A stretch of DNA of 64,000 nucleotides from an uncultured bacterium (GCA_963720265.1 CAVRET010000001.1:69916-133915), one strand, 5' to 3'; counted from the first letter of the stretch, positions 7,200 through 16,659 are shown. Notes: generated from the sequence alone by a model not told the origin. Translations and numbers: made by a program.

Positions 7200-9833
7200 A
7201 TGTCACAATATGCATGGCTGAATAAGGTTATTGGTGACCCGAATGTGCGCGAGGTGAAGCGCGCGCGGGTGCTGGTGGCGAGAGTTAACGCGTTCGAGGA
7301 TAAGGTTAAGGCGCTGTCGGACGAACAGCTGCGGGAGCAAACGGCAAAGCTCAAAGAACGACTGGGTAAGCGTGAATCGCTTGACGATATTTTGCCTGAG
7401 GCATTTGCGACCGTGCGCGAGGCGGCCAGCCGGACGATAGGCCAGCGACATTTCGATGTGCAGCTGGTAGGCGGAATTGTGCTGCATGAAGGTAAGATCG
7501 CCGAGATGCGGACGGGTGAGGGCAAGACGCTGGTGGCCACGGCGCCAAGTTATTTGAATGCGCTGACCGGTAAGGGCGTGCACGTAGTGACAGTGAATGA
7601 TTATCTCGCTAGTTTGCATGGTGGCTGGATGGGCAAGATCTATGGCAGTCTGGGGATGAGCACCGGCGTGATTGTGCACGATGCGGCGTTTGTGTACGAT
7701 CCTGAGTTTGATAGCCATGAGCATCCGGACGACCGGCTCAACCATCTGAGACCGGCCACTCGGGCAGAGGCCTATCAGGCCGATATTACCTATGGCACTA
7801 ATAATGAATTTGGTTTTGATTATTTGCGCGATAATATGGTCGATGATCTAGCCAAAATGGTGCAGCGGCCACTGCATTACGCAATTGTGGACGAGGTGGA
7901 CTCGATCTTGGTTGATGAGGCGAGGACGCCTCTTATTATTAGCGCGCCGGCCAATGAGGCAACGGACAAGTACTACGAATTCGCCAAACTGGCGGCGACG
8001 CTGCAGCAGGAGCGTGATTATACGCTCGACGAAAAGCTCAAAGCCGTGAGCCTCACGGATGAGGGCGTGGAGCGCGTGGAGCGGGCCTTGGGCGTGGACA
8101 ATGTGTACGAGGCCGGCCGGATTGATGAGGTGCACCACATTGAACAGGCGGTGCGGGCGCAAGCGCTGTATTTACGCGACCGGGACTATGTGGTGCGCGA
8201 CGGCGAGATTATTATTGTGGACGAGTTTACCGGACGGCTGATGCCGGGCCGGCGGTGGAGCGAAGGCCTGCACCAGGCGGTGGAGGCAAAAGAAGGCGTG
8301 CAGATTCAGCAGGAGTCACTGACGCTGGCTACGATTACGTTCCAGAATTACTTTAGGCTGTTTGAGAAGCTGGCCGGCATGACGGGCACGGCCAAGACTG
8401 AGGAAGAGGAATTCCACAAGATTTATGATCTCGATGTGGTGACGATTCCAACGCACCGACCAATGATCCGGGCCGATTTACCTGACCGGATTTATAAGAC
8501 CGAGGATGGCAAGTTTAGGGCTGTGGCCAAGGAAGTAGCGGTGATGCATGCAAAGGGCCAGCCGGTGCTGCTCGGTACCGTGAGCATTGCCAAAAATGAG
8601 CTGTTGAGCCGATATTTGACTGAACTGAAGGTGCCGCATCAGGTGCTCAATGCCAAGAACAACGAGGCTGAGGCCGGCACGATTGCGGCGGCCGGAGTTG
8701 CTGGGGCGGTAACGCTGGCTACGAATATCGCCGGCCGCGGAACCGACATTATGCTAGCCGACGGCGTATCGGAGCTGGGCGGCCTGCATGTGCTCGGTAC
8801 CGAACGGCACGAGAGCCGACGGATTGATAACCAGTTGCGTGGTCGCTCCGGGCGGCAAGGCGATCCAGGATCGAGCCAATTTTACGTGAGTTTGGAAGAT
8901 GATTTGATGCGCATTTTTGGCGGCGAGCGCATTCAGGCCATGATGAGTACACTCGGCCTTGATGATGAGACACCGATCGAGAATAAACTGGTGTCGCGTA
9001 GTCTCGAAGGGGCGCAGAAGAAGGTGGAGGGCCACAATTTTGATACCCGCAAGCAGCTGGTAGAATACGACGACGTAATGAACAAACACCGCGAAGCGGT
9101 GTATGCCAGGAGGCGGCGAGCGCTGGAGGCGGAGCGGCTGCGCGACGACATCATGGAGATGGTCGAGACGCAAGCGAAGGCTATGGTAACGGCGCATACC
9201 AACGCGCGCACCGGCGAGGTAGATTTTGAGGCACTGAAAGAAGCAGTGAGTAGCATGTTACCGGTGTCGACTGAATTGTCCGAAAAGTTTAGTAAGGCGC
9301 ATCCAAGCGAGTTGGCAGACTTGATTGTGGGCGAGGCAGAAACGTTGTATACAGCCCGGGAAGAGGCGTTTACACCGGATCTGATGCGCCTGGTGGAGCG
9401 CTTTACCTATGTGACTGCGCTTGATCGGCTGTGGATCGAACACCTGGAGGCGATGGATGCGCTACGGGGCGGTATTGGCTTACGGGCGATTGGGCAGCGC
9501 GATCCGTTGGTCGAGTACAAGCGCGAGGGCTTTAGGATGTTTAAACAGCTGTTGGGCCTGCTCGATGCCGAAGTGGCGACTACGATATTCAAGATGCAAA
9601 TAGCGAGGAATGACGGACCAGCTCCGAGTGCCGGAGTGAAAACGGCACTGACCCGGGCGGCGGCGACGGCGCGTACCAACGCAGCGGCAATTGAGACTGG
9701 AGCGGTAACCGCTACGGGCGGAGACGAGGCGACGGGCAGTGGTTCACGGGCCGAGCGCCGGGCCCGGGCACATGCTGCCACTACCGGTGGGGGCACGAGT
9801 AAGCCGGCTAAGAAGCGCAAGAAGCGCCGTTAA
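7200..9833 (+). CDS. secA: Preprotein translocase ATPase SecA
   Basis: An 877-aa protein with a Walker A motif (MRTGEGKTLVAT), a DEAD-like motor and preprotein cross-linking and helical scaffold domains. Its basic C-tail has no zinc finger. Confidence 0.95.
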   Translation: MSQYAWLNKVIGDPNVREVKRARVLVARVNAFEDKVKALSDEQLREQTAKLKERLGKRESLDDILPEAFATVREAASRTIGQRHFDVQLVGGIVLHEGKIAEMRTGEGKTLVATAPSYLNALTGKGVHVVTVNDYLASLHGGWMGKIYGSLGMSTGVIVHDAAFVYDPEFDSHEHPDDRLNHLRPATRAEAYQADITYGTNNEFGFDYLRDNMVDDLAKMVQRPLHYAIVDEVDSILVDEARTPLIISAPANEATDKYYEFAKLAATLQQERDYTLDEKLKAVSLTDEGVERVERALGVDNVYEAGRIDEVHHIEQAVRAQALYLRDRDYVVRDGEIIIVDEFTGRLMPGRRWSEGLHQAVEAKEGVQIQQESLTLATITFQNYFRLFEKLAGMTGTAKTEEEEFHKIYDLDVVTIPTHRPMIRADLPDRIYKTEDGKFRAVAKEVAVMHAKGQPVLLGTVSIAKNELLSRYLTELKVPHQVLNAKNNEAEAGTIAAAGVAGAVTLATNIAGRGTDIMLADGVSELGGLHVLGTERHESRRIDNQLRGRSGRQGDPGSSQFYVSLEDDLMRIFGGERIQAMMSTLGLDDETPIENKLVSRSLEGAQKKVEGHNFDTRKQLVEYDDVMNKHREAVYARRRRALEAERLRDDIMEMVETQAKAMVTAHTNARTGEVDFEALKEAVSSMLPVSTELSEKFSKAHPSELADLIVGEAETLYTAREEAFTPDLMRLVERFTYVTALDRLWIEHLEAMDALRGGIGLRAIGQRDPLVEYKREGFRMFKQLLGLLDAEVATTIFKMQIARNDGPAPSAGVKTALTRAAATARTNAAAIETGAVTATGGDEATGSGSRAERRARAHAATTGGGTSKPAKKRKKRR

Positions 9834-9855
9834 ATCGACCAACGGAGGGATCACG

Positions 9856-11142
9856 ATGAAGCATACCGTCCATGAGCATACCTTGGCGGGCGGTGCGCGC
9901 GGGCTGGTGATTGATGTGCCCGGCAGCGCCGTGGTGAGTTTGCAGGTCCGGTTTAACTCGGGGTATCAGTTTGCACCCCATAGCGCGTATGAGATTCCGC
10001 ACGTCATGGAGCATCTTTTAGCAACGGTATCAAAGGGCCATCCGGAGCCAAATGCATTTCATATCGCGGCTACCAAGAACGGTGCTTATGTAAACGCCCA
10101 CACGACCTCGGTGCGGAACGGTTATGATTATGAGTTTGCGGTGTTTGAACAGGATCGGATGCTTGATTTGCTTGCGGAGCAACTGACGGCGCCGCTGATT
10201 GCCGAGGCGCCGCTGATTGCCGAAGCCAGTAACGTGCGTGAGGAGCTATCGGGTAACATTACCCAGCATGGTTCGGTATGCGGCGTGCAGCTGGGGGCGG
10301 CGGCATTTCCGGAGCTAGTGCTGGGGTATGAGGAGCGTATCGCGCAGTTGCCAAGCCTCACTACTGAGCAAGCTCAGGCACATTACGAGCGGACGCATAC
10401 GGCTGCCAATGCTCGGTTTGTGGTAGCGGGGCCGTTTGCTGATAGGGGAGTGCAGATCGCCGAGCGGCTGGGCCGAATATTCGCCCAGCTGTCGGCGGGC
10501 GAACGCTTGGAGCCGAGCAAAGCCATAGGGAAAAATTTGCGGCGGCCGGTAGTAACTGAGCGTGAGATTGCGCAAATTTTCTATCAGGTGCTGATGTATT
10601 TCGGCGAACTCGACGAGGCTGAACGGCGAGCTTTGTGGATGCTCAGAGTGATAGAGACCGGTGGCATGGGATCGCGTATTTATGGCGCGGCTAGGCGCCA
10701 AGGCTGGGCCTATCACGTGGCCGGGCTGGCTCAGGCGGAACCTGGTAAGAGTACGTTTGGACTAGCCGGATATGTGACGCCCGAGCATGCGCGGCCATTG
10801 TTTGAATTGTTCGCGGGTGAGCTGGCTGCCATTCGGACCGACATGGTAGGGGAGCCGGAACTCGCGGCGGCCAAGGATCTGATCGTGGGCACGGTTCAGC
10901 GTTCAATCCAGACACCTGGTGATCTGTTGGGCTGGTACATTGACCGATACGATGAGACGGGTGAAGTTGTGAGTTTGGACGAAACGCTTGAGCTGCTGAG
11001 AGGGGTGCAGCCGAAGGAAGTACAGGCAGTGGCGCGCAAAGCGGCGGCGGCACGGCGGGCCGGCATTAGTTTGGTTGGGCCGGTGAGTGCGGAGCGAGCG
11101 GGGGAGTATGCCGATGTTCTAGCGCCAATATGGCAAAAGTAG
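9856..11142 (+). CDS. M16 (pitrilysin/insulinase) family zinc peptidase
   Basis: An inverted zinc-binding motif HVMEHLL (HxxEH) is near the N-terminus and the length is typical. The start was chosen at an ATG preceded by a GGAGGG RBS; the tracker's longer ORF overlaps secA. Confidence 0.75.
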   Translation: MKHTVHEHTLAGGARGLVIDVPGSAVVSLQVRFNSGYQFAPHSAYEIPHVMEHLLATVSKGHPEPNAFHIAATKNGAYVNAHTTSVRNGYDYEFAVFEQDRMLDLLAEQLTAPLIAEAPLIAEASNVREELSGNITQHGSVCGVQLGAAAFPELVLGYEERIAQLPSLTTEQAQAHYERTHTAANARFVVAGPFADRGVQIAERLGRIFAQLSAGERLEPSKAIGKNLRRPVVTEREIAQIFYQVLMYFGELDEAERRALWMLRVIETGGMGSRIYGAARRQGWAYHVAGLAQAEPGKSTFGLAGYVTPEHARPLFELFAGELAAIRTDMVGEPELAAAKDLIVGTVQRSIQTPGDLLGWYIDRYDETGEVVSLDETLELLRGVQPKEVQAVARKAAAARRAGISLVGPVSAERAGEYADVLAPIWQK

Positions 11143-11171
11143 TTGACATAGCAATTCTTTTGTGTTAATAT
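11143..11171 (+). promoter_or_regulatory. Strong sigma-70-type promoter (TTGACA-17-TAATAT with an extended -10 TG)
   Basis: The -35 TTGACA is at 11143-11148. A 17-nt spacer and a TGtTAATAT -10 at 11163-11171 follow. This lies upstream of the LPXTG protein gene. Confidence 0.6.
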
Positions 11172-11200
11172 CCTGAACTATCAGTGGTAAATGAACTCGT

Positions 11201-11252
11201 CAGGGTTCCGCCGGTTGACATATGCCGCCCATGTGTCGCCGGTGGAACCCTG
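11201..11252 (+). ncRNA. Structured 5' leader hairpin (14-bp stem, 24-nt loop) in the LPXTG gene leader; candidate cis-regulatory RNA
   Basis: cagggttccgccgg pairs with ccggtggaaccctg (one G-U). It sits ~25 nt downstream of the predicted TSS in a ~185-nt leader. Confidence 0.3.
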
Positions 11253-11363
11253 ATTAGTTTATGATCACACGGCTATGCTTGCATAGTTCGCATGATAATT
11301 TCATACTGCCAATAAGGTGTGGCATTTTGCATAAGCATTATGCATGAAGAGGAGAACTCGACC

Positions 11364-12500
11364 ATGAATATTATGAATCGTTTGCGTCGTTTGACGAATG
11401 GCCAGCTTAAAGCTGCGGCTGCCGTTATGGTGGCGTTGGCTATTATTGTGCCAACCTTGTCAGTGGCGGCCAGTACCGACAATGCCAACAACATTTTGTG
11501 GAACGGCTGCGGTTCACTGAGCTCCTGCCAGTACGATATGGAACACGGTGACGGCCACAATAGCGCATCGAACATTACTGCGATCTACAACTACTTTGGT
11601 ATCAATTCGAGCAACATTACGTCGATGGTGCCAGTAAATGTGTATAGCAATGGTAATGTGACCATCAGCGAGAACGACGGTACGTGGAAGAGCGGTAACA
11701 CGATCGCGACCGGCGCTGAGAGCGTTGGCCGCCAAGATATCGATGGTAGCTCTTCGCACTATATTTCTGGCATTGGTGTGTGGGAGCGGTCAACAAGCGT
11801 GTCGTTTGTCTCTAGCCCCTTAAGCGGTTGGGCTCTGATGCAAAACGGCCAGTTTAAGGCGTTCATCTTGAGCTCGTGTGGTAATGCCGGCACAGCTAGC
11901 CCTAAGACGCCCCCGGCCGCACCTGCAAAGCAGCCACAACCGCAGCAACCTCAGCCTCAACAGAACTGTGGTTGTGAGCAGCCTCAGCAACCTGTTCAGC
12001 CGGAGCAACCGGCTCAGCCCGAAGGTTTTGTGACCTGTGTGGCACTGACTCCGTCAAACAATGGTAATGACACCTACAATTTCATGATCCAGTCTCAGGT
12101 GTCGGGTAACGCCGAGATCACCGGCTACCAGTTTACGACGATCGAGAACGGTGGCCAGCCAATGCAATGGTCGCCGCAAAGTTCGCCGACGTTAACAAAC
12201 CAATCCGTGCCTTCGGGTACCAGCCTGACGGTGGAGGGCCAAGTGCTCTCGAGCGCCGGTGATACCAATATCACAAACACCTGTAGCGCAACGGTTAGCA
12301 CGCCGGCTGAAGAGACGGCTGTGGTTACACCTGCTACTCCGACCCCGACCCCCGCTCCGGCTCCGGCCCCGCTGCCGCAGACCGGACCGGAAAGCGCCCT
12401 CGGTGGTGCTGCCGGGCTTACTGGCATTGGCGTGGCCGGCCGAGCCTACCTGCGCTCGCGCAAGTCGTTGCTCGCATCACTGCGCAACATAAAGCGCTAA
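11364..12500 (+). CDS. LPXTG-anchored cell-surface protein (sortase substrate) with a Pro/Gln-rich linker
   Basis: The N-terminal signal/TM segment reads MNIMNRLRRL...AAAAVMVALAIIVPTLSVAAS. The C-terminus has LPQTG, a hydrophobic stretch and an RSRKS tail. An internal PQPQQPQPQQ linker is present. GAGGAG lies 9 nt upstream of the ATG. Confidence 0.75.
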   Translation: MNIMNRLRRLTNGQLKAAAAVMVALAIIVPTLSVAASTDNANNILWNGCGSLSSCQYDMEHGDGHNSASNITAIYNYFGINSSNITSMVPVNVYSNGNVTISENDGTWKSGNTIATGAESVGRQDIDGSSSHYISGIGVWERSTSVSFVSSPLSGWALMQNGQFKAFILSSCGNAGTASPKTPPAAPAKQPQPQQPQPQQNCGCEQPQQPVQPEQPAQPEGFVTCVALTPSNNGNDTYNFMIQSQVSGNAEITGYQFTTIENGGQPMQWSPQSSPTLTNQSVPSGTSLTVEGQVLSSAGDTNITNTCSATVSTPAEETAVVTPATPTPTPAPAPAPLPQTGPESALGGAAGLTGIGVAGRAYLRSRKSLLASLRNIKR

Positions 12501-12559
12501 GCCCTGCCACGGGGCCTCGGCCCCGTAACGTGTAATTGGCGCTGAGTCGCCAGACTCGC

Positions 12560-12595
12560 ATACAAACAGCCCCTGCTAGCAGGGGCTGTTTGTAT
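12560..12595. terminator. Perfect 36-bp palindrome (atacaaacagcccctgctagcaggggctgtttgtat); bidirectional terminator-like hairpin
   Basis: Seen directly. It is followed by tttcgg on the + strand and lies downstream of the LPXTG gene. Confidence 0.5.
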
Positions 12596-12700
12596 TTCGG
12601 ATATCGAGGTTGTGGAAAACTAATGGGGCTCTGGCATCAACGAGCCCTGGGCGATGATCATATGCGAGAGGGTTGTCCTGAATGGGTGTGGTTTTTGTCT

Positions 12701-12768
12701 GTGGATAACTTTGTGGTAGACAGTGGGTAAACGTGGGTACTATACTGGCTTCAGTGGGTTGCAGTGGG
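12701..12768 (+). promoter_or_regulatory. Array of six GTGG(G/A/T) direct repeats at ~10-bp phasing around a TATACT -10; candidate MraZ operator/promoter of the dcw cluster
   Basis: The repeats sit at 12701, 12713, 12723, 12733, 12754 and 12764. MraZ proteins are known to bind phased GTGGG-type direct repeats upstream of mraZ. Confidence 0.5.
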
Positions 12769-12801
12769 TAGCACTTCACCACCGTAGAGATTACACAATA
12801 C

Positions 12802-13158
12802 ATGGACTTCTTCGAACGAAAACTTGACGACAAGAACCGGCTGACAATTCCGGCCGAACTCCGTCACGAATTCGAAGGAGGCCGAGTAATCATTACACGG
12901 GGATTTGGCAAGTACCTGCATCTGTACACTGAAAAAGTTTGGAACGAAGACATGGAACCGGCGCTCAAAGGAGATATTCTCGATGAGCGAACCGCTGACC
13001 TCAACGTTCAATTTCGTATGGGTAAATCGGCCGGAGCCATGGATGCCAAGCAGGGCCGGATTACCATAGAGCAGCACCTTCTGGATCACGCGAGCATTAA
13101 AAAGGAGGTGGCGGCGGTGCGGGCCGGCAAATATTGGCGCCTGTCTGCAAGCGAATAA
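12802..13158 (+). CDS. mraZ: Transcriptional regulator MraZ (short, 118 aa)
   Basis: It contains two DxxxR MraZ/SpoVT-AbrB-like motifs (DDKNRLTIP and DAKQGRITI). It is the first gene of the dcw cluster. Confidence 0.8.
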   Translation: MDFFERKLDDKNRLTIPAELRHEFEGGRVIITRGFGKYLHLYTEKVWNEDMEPALKGDILDERTADLNVQFRMGKSAGAMDAKQGRITIEQHLLDHASIKKEVAAVRAGKYWRLSASE

Positions 13159-13432
13159 TTTCGATTTTCCTTAAGAAACGATCTTTAAAAACCAAAACAA
13201 ACATTTTAAAGGCAGCTATTTGGCAGTCAGCAAACGGCTCATAGGCTCTCCGTTTAACAGAGCCTCGAACCTAAATCTCGTAAACTCCACCTCACAACAC
13301 ACTCTTTAAGGAATTATTCGTTTTCAACGATGATTCCTTACCACACAACACTCCAATGGTTCGCACGCTCGTGCGAACAAACACAAAAACGTCTAAAATC
13401 AAAAAGCTGGCTGCTGAATAGGTGACTTGAAA

Positions 13433-14359
13433 ATGAAAACTCCACATACTCCAGTATTAATAGATCAGGTTGTGAGGGTGCTGGCGCCCCGAGCAGGGGA
13501 GTCGTATCTCGATGGTACGGCCGGCTATGGTGGGCATGCGGAAACGATTGTCCGCCTGATTGGGCCGGATAGCAGAGTAATATTGGTAGACCGTGATGCC
13601 GAAGCGATTCACGCGCTGGCAAAGCGGTTTAGTGAGACGGCGGAGATCATCCACGCGGACTATCTGGATGCAGCCAAGCGGCTGCTTGAGGACGGCTCGC
13701 TAGTGGATATGATCTTGCTGGATTTGGGAGTTTCGTCACCACAGTTTGACAACCGAGAGCGGGGATTTAGTTTTTCCGGGGACGGGCCGCTTGATATGCG
13801 CATGGATCAGACGCAGCGTTTGACCGCGGCCGATGTGGTTAACACTCGGCCTACGCGCGAGCTGGAGCGGATCATTCGCGAGTATGGCGAAGAGCCGCGG
13901 GCTCGGGCAGTGGCGCGGGCGATTGTGGCCGAGCGGCCATTTGCGACCACGGGGCAGCTTGCGGGCGTTGTACGTAAGGCTGCGGCCAGCACGACCGGCA
14001 TCGATGCAGCTACGCGTACATTTCAAGGCCTACGGATAGAAGTTAACGCTGAGCTGGAACTTCTACAATCTGCGCTGCCGGTGCTAACAAAATTATTAGC
14101 ACCAGGCGGGAGGTTTGCGGTCATCAGCTTCCATTCGCTGGAAGATAGGATCGTGAAGCAGTACTTCGACCGTGAATCGCGCGATTGTGTATGTCCACCG
14201 AAACAACCGGTATGCACTTGCGATCATGTGGCAAGTGTGCGTAAACTAACCATAAGGCCGATTACCGCTTCGGCTTCTGAGATTGATTCCAACCCGCGCG
14301 CCAGGAGTGCAAAGCTCAGGGCCGCCGAAAAGATAAACAAAAACAAAAGGAGGGACTAA
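13433..14359 (+). CDS. rsmH: 16S rRNA (cytosine1402-N4)-methyltransferase RsmH (MraW)
   Basis: The sequence is HTPVLIDQVV...LDGTAGYGGHAE...ISFHSLEDRIVK. The tracker start is a TTG at 13427; the ATG at 13433 is preferred. Confidence 0.9.
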   Translation: MKTPHTPVLIDQVVRVLAPRAGESYLDGTAGYGGHAETIVRLIGPDSRVILVDRDAEAIHALAKRFSETAEIIHADYLDAAKRLLEDGSLVDMILLDLGVSSPQFDNRERGFSFSGDGPLDMRMDQTQRLTAADVVNTRPTRELERIIREYGEEPRARAVARAIVAERPFATTGQLAGVVRKAAASTTGIDAATRTFQGLRIEVNAELELLQSALPVLTKLLAPGGRFAVISFHSLEDRIVKQYFDRESRDCVCPPKQPVCTCDHVASVRKLTIRPITASASEIDSNPRARSAKLRAAEKINKNKRRD

Positions 14360-14434
14360 ATGACAGTCTCGATCAAGAACGAGTCGCCACGTCGCAAACG
14401 CGTGACGATTCGTGTTGCCGCCGACAAGAAATAA
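14360..14434 (+). CDS. Putative 24-aa basic micro-ORF (MTVSIKNESPRRKRVTIRVAADKK), translationally coupled to rsmH
   Basis: Its ATG directly abuts the rsmH TAA. A strong AAGGAGGG SD lies 5 nt upstream. No homology can be assessed. Confidence 0.25.
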   Translation: MTVSIKNESPRRKRVTIRVAADKK

Positions 14435-14550
14435 CCGGCTGACCGGGACCGGTTCGCGGATTTGGGACGCGAGCCGGTCCACCAAAAAATCTTCAAAAAA
14501 GTCTGACAAAATAATAAAACCAAAAAACAAAACAGGAGAGATATTGCGCC

Positions 14551-14871
14551 ATGACGACAGCAACCCTGACGGCGCGCCGTAACCAAAATTTGTATCGTCA
14601 GCCCACGACGCTCACGATGGGTTCGAATTCGGCCACCTTTGTGGTGATCGCCATCATTAGTGTTTTGGCGCTGCTGTACTTAAACCAAATCACGAAGACT
14701 GGTGCGATTGGCTATCAGGTGACGGATTTGACGGCCCAGCGTGACCAGCTCGTGAGTGATGAACAGACCTTAAATGTGGAGGCGGCGCGCCTGGAGTCGA
14801 TTCAGACGATCCAAAATTCGAAAACGGTAGCCGGTATGGTACCGACGACCCAAGTAACGTACGCCAAATAA
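14551..14871 (+). CDS. ftsL: Cell division protein FtsL/DivIC-like (single TM plus a coiled coil)
   Basis: The protein is 106 aa. A TM helix (FVVIAIISVLALLYL) is followed by a heptad-rich segment. It lies between rsmH and ftsI, and a CAGGAGAG RBS is present. Confidence 0.6.
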   Translation: MTTATLTARRNQNLYRQPTTLTMGSNSATFVVIAIISVLALLYLNQITKTGAIGYQVTDLTAQRDQLVSDEQTLNVEAARLESIQTIQNSKTVAGMVPTTQVTYAK

Positions 14872-14877
14872 ATAGCT

Positions 14878-16659
14878 GTGATTTCCGCCAGCGATACCTT
14901 AGAGCAACGGCGACGTTTGCGTTTTCTGACGGGCGCGTTATTCGTGTCCGGAGCTTTATTGGTCTTTCGTCTCGGTTATATCCAGATAGGGCAGCATGCC
15001 AGGTATTTGGCTGATGCGACCAGTGAGCAGACCCGGAAGTTTGAGATTCCAGCGGCCCGCGGGCAATTATTTGTGCAGGACGGTGACGGTACGACATCGC
15101 CGATTGCCATGGACCAGACGTTGGATATTGTGTACGCTGACCCGCGCTATGTGATGGACAAAGCCACAACAGCGAGTAGGCTGGCAGCAGCGATCGGCGG
15201 CTCGGCTAGCCAGTATGAAACTGAACTCAATAACGGGATCGACTACGTCGAACTGGCGACCCGCGTGCCACTGACAACCGGCGCCCAAATCGAGCACTTG
15301 GGACTGCCTGGCATTGGGCTGACGCAGCAGAGCTATCGGATTTATCCGGAAGGATCACTGGCGGCGCAGGTGCTGGGGTTCGTGAATACTAACGGCGTTG
15401 GCCAATACGGTTTGGAACAATATCTGAATAAGCAACTGTCGGGTACTCCGGGACGGCTAGCTGCTAAGACTGACACGTACGGCATTCCGATTGCCACGGC
15501 TGATAATGTTGAGCAGCCGGCGGTGAACGGCACGAGTTATGTGCTCACCATTGACCGCAATATTCAGGCTGAAGCAGAAAAGGAGATTGCGGCCCAGGTG
15601 CAAAAAGTGCATGCCAAGTCCGGTAGCATTGTGATTACGAACCCGAATAATGGTGATGTGCTGGCGATGGCGACATACCCGACGTTCGATCCCAATAATT
15701 ACGGCCAGGTGTCGGATTACGACGTGTTTTTGGACCAGCCGGCAGCTGAAGCATTTGAGCCGGGCTCGGGAATGAAGGTGTTCACCATGGCGGCGGGGCT
15801 GGACCAGGGCAAGGTTACGCCTAATACCACCTACAATGACCCAGGCTGTTATACGGTTGACTCGCGGCAGATCTGCAACGCGGCCGGGGATAAAGCAGGT
15901 CCGAATAAGACGATGACTGTGGTGCTGCGTGACTCGCTCAACACAGGTGCGATGTTCGTGCTTAGGATGCTGTCTGGGAATCCCAATGGTTTTACACTGG
16001 CCGGCAAGCAATTATTGTACAGTTACCTCACCAAGCACTTCGGCTTTGGCACAGCGACCGGGGTGGCGCAGTCGGATGAAGCGGCCGGGTTTGTACCCAA
16101 GGCCAGCAATGTCGCCGGCAACAATTCGACGTACGCTACTATGACCTTTGGCCAGGGTATGACTGTAACCATGCTGCAAATGGTGGATGCGATTGGTGCG
16201 GTTGCCAACGGCGGCACGCTATACGCGCCACAGCTGATCGCTCAGCAACTCAACCCCGACGGCTCGACGCAAAACGTTCAGCCCAAGGTGTTGGGGCGGC
16301 ATATAATGAGCCCTAGTGCGATTTCGCAGCTCAATCAGATGCTCCAAGTGGTGGTGCAACATGGCTCCGGATATCTGGCAGCGGACGAAAACCCCGGGTA
16401 CGCGATCGCCGGCAAGACCGGTACTGCCCAGGTCTCAAACCCAAACGGCACCGGCTATCTTACGGGCGTGAATATCGGCTCGTTTTTGGGCTATGCACCG
16501 GCTTCTGATCCAAAGTTTGCGATGATGGTGCGTATTAATGACCCGAGTGTGCAGTGCGATACGGCTGAGTGCGGATATGCGGAGTACACGACCGTGCCGG
16601 TGTTTGGCGACATGTGCAAATGGCTGTTCAAGTATTATGGGATTCCACCGACGTCATGA
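14878..16659 (+). CDS. ftsI: Class B penicillin-binding protein / peptidoglycan D,D-transpeptidase FtsI
   Basis: An N-terminal TM and a PBP dimerisation domain precede the motifs SGMK (SxxK), SLN (SxN) and KTGTAQ. The segment SIVITNPNNGDVLAMATYPTFDPN is present. The start is a GTG. Confidence 0.85.
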   Translation: MISASDTLEQRRRLRFLTGALFVSGALLVFRLGYIQIGQHARYLADATSEQTRKFEIPAARGQLFVQDGDGTTSPIAMDQTLDIVYADPRYVMDKATTASRLAAAIGGSASQYETELNNGIDYVELATRVPLTTGAQIEHLGLPGIGLTQQSYRIYPEGSLAAQVLGFVNTNGVGQYGLEQYLNKQLSGTPGRLAAKTDTYGIPIATADNVEQPAVNGTSYVLTIDRNIQAEAEKEIAAQVQKVHAKSGSIVITNPNNGDVLAMATYPTFDPNNYGQVSDYDVFLDQPAAEAFEPGSGMKVFTMAAGLDQGKVTPNTTYNDPGCYTVDSRQICNAAGDKAGPNKTMTVVLRDSLNTGAMFVLRMLSGNPNGFTLAGKQLLYSYLTKHFGFGTATGVAQSDEAAGFVPKASNVAGNNSTYATMTFGQGMTVTMLQMVDAIGAVANGGTLYAPQLIAQQLNPDGSTQNVQPKVLGRHIMSPSAISQLNQMLQVVVQHGSGYLAADENPGYAIAGKTGTAQVSNPNGTGYLTGVNIGSFLGYAPASDPKFAMMVRINDPSVQCDTAECGYAEYTTVPVFGDMCKWLFKYYGIPPTS

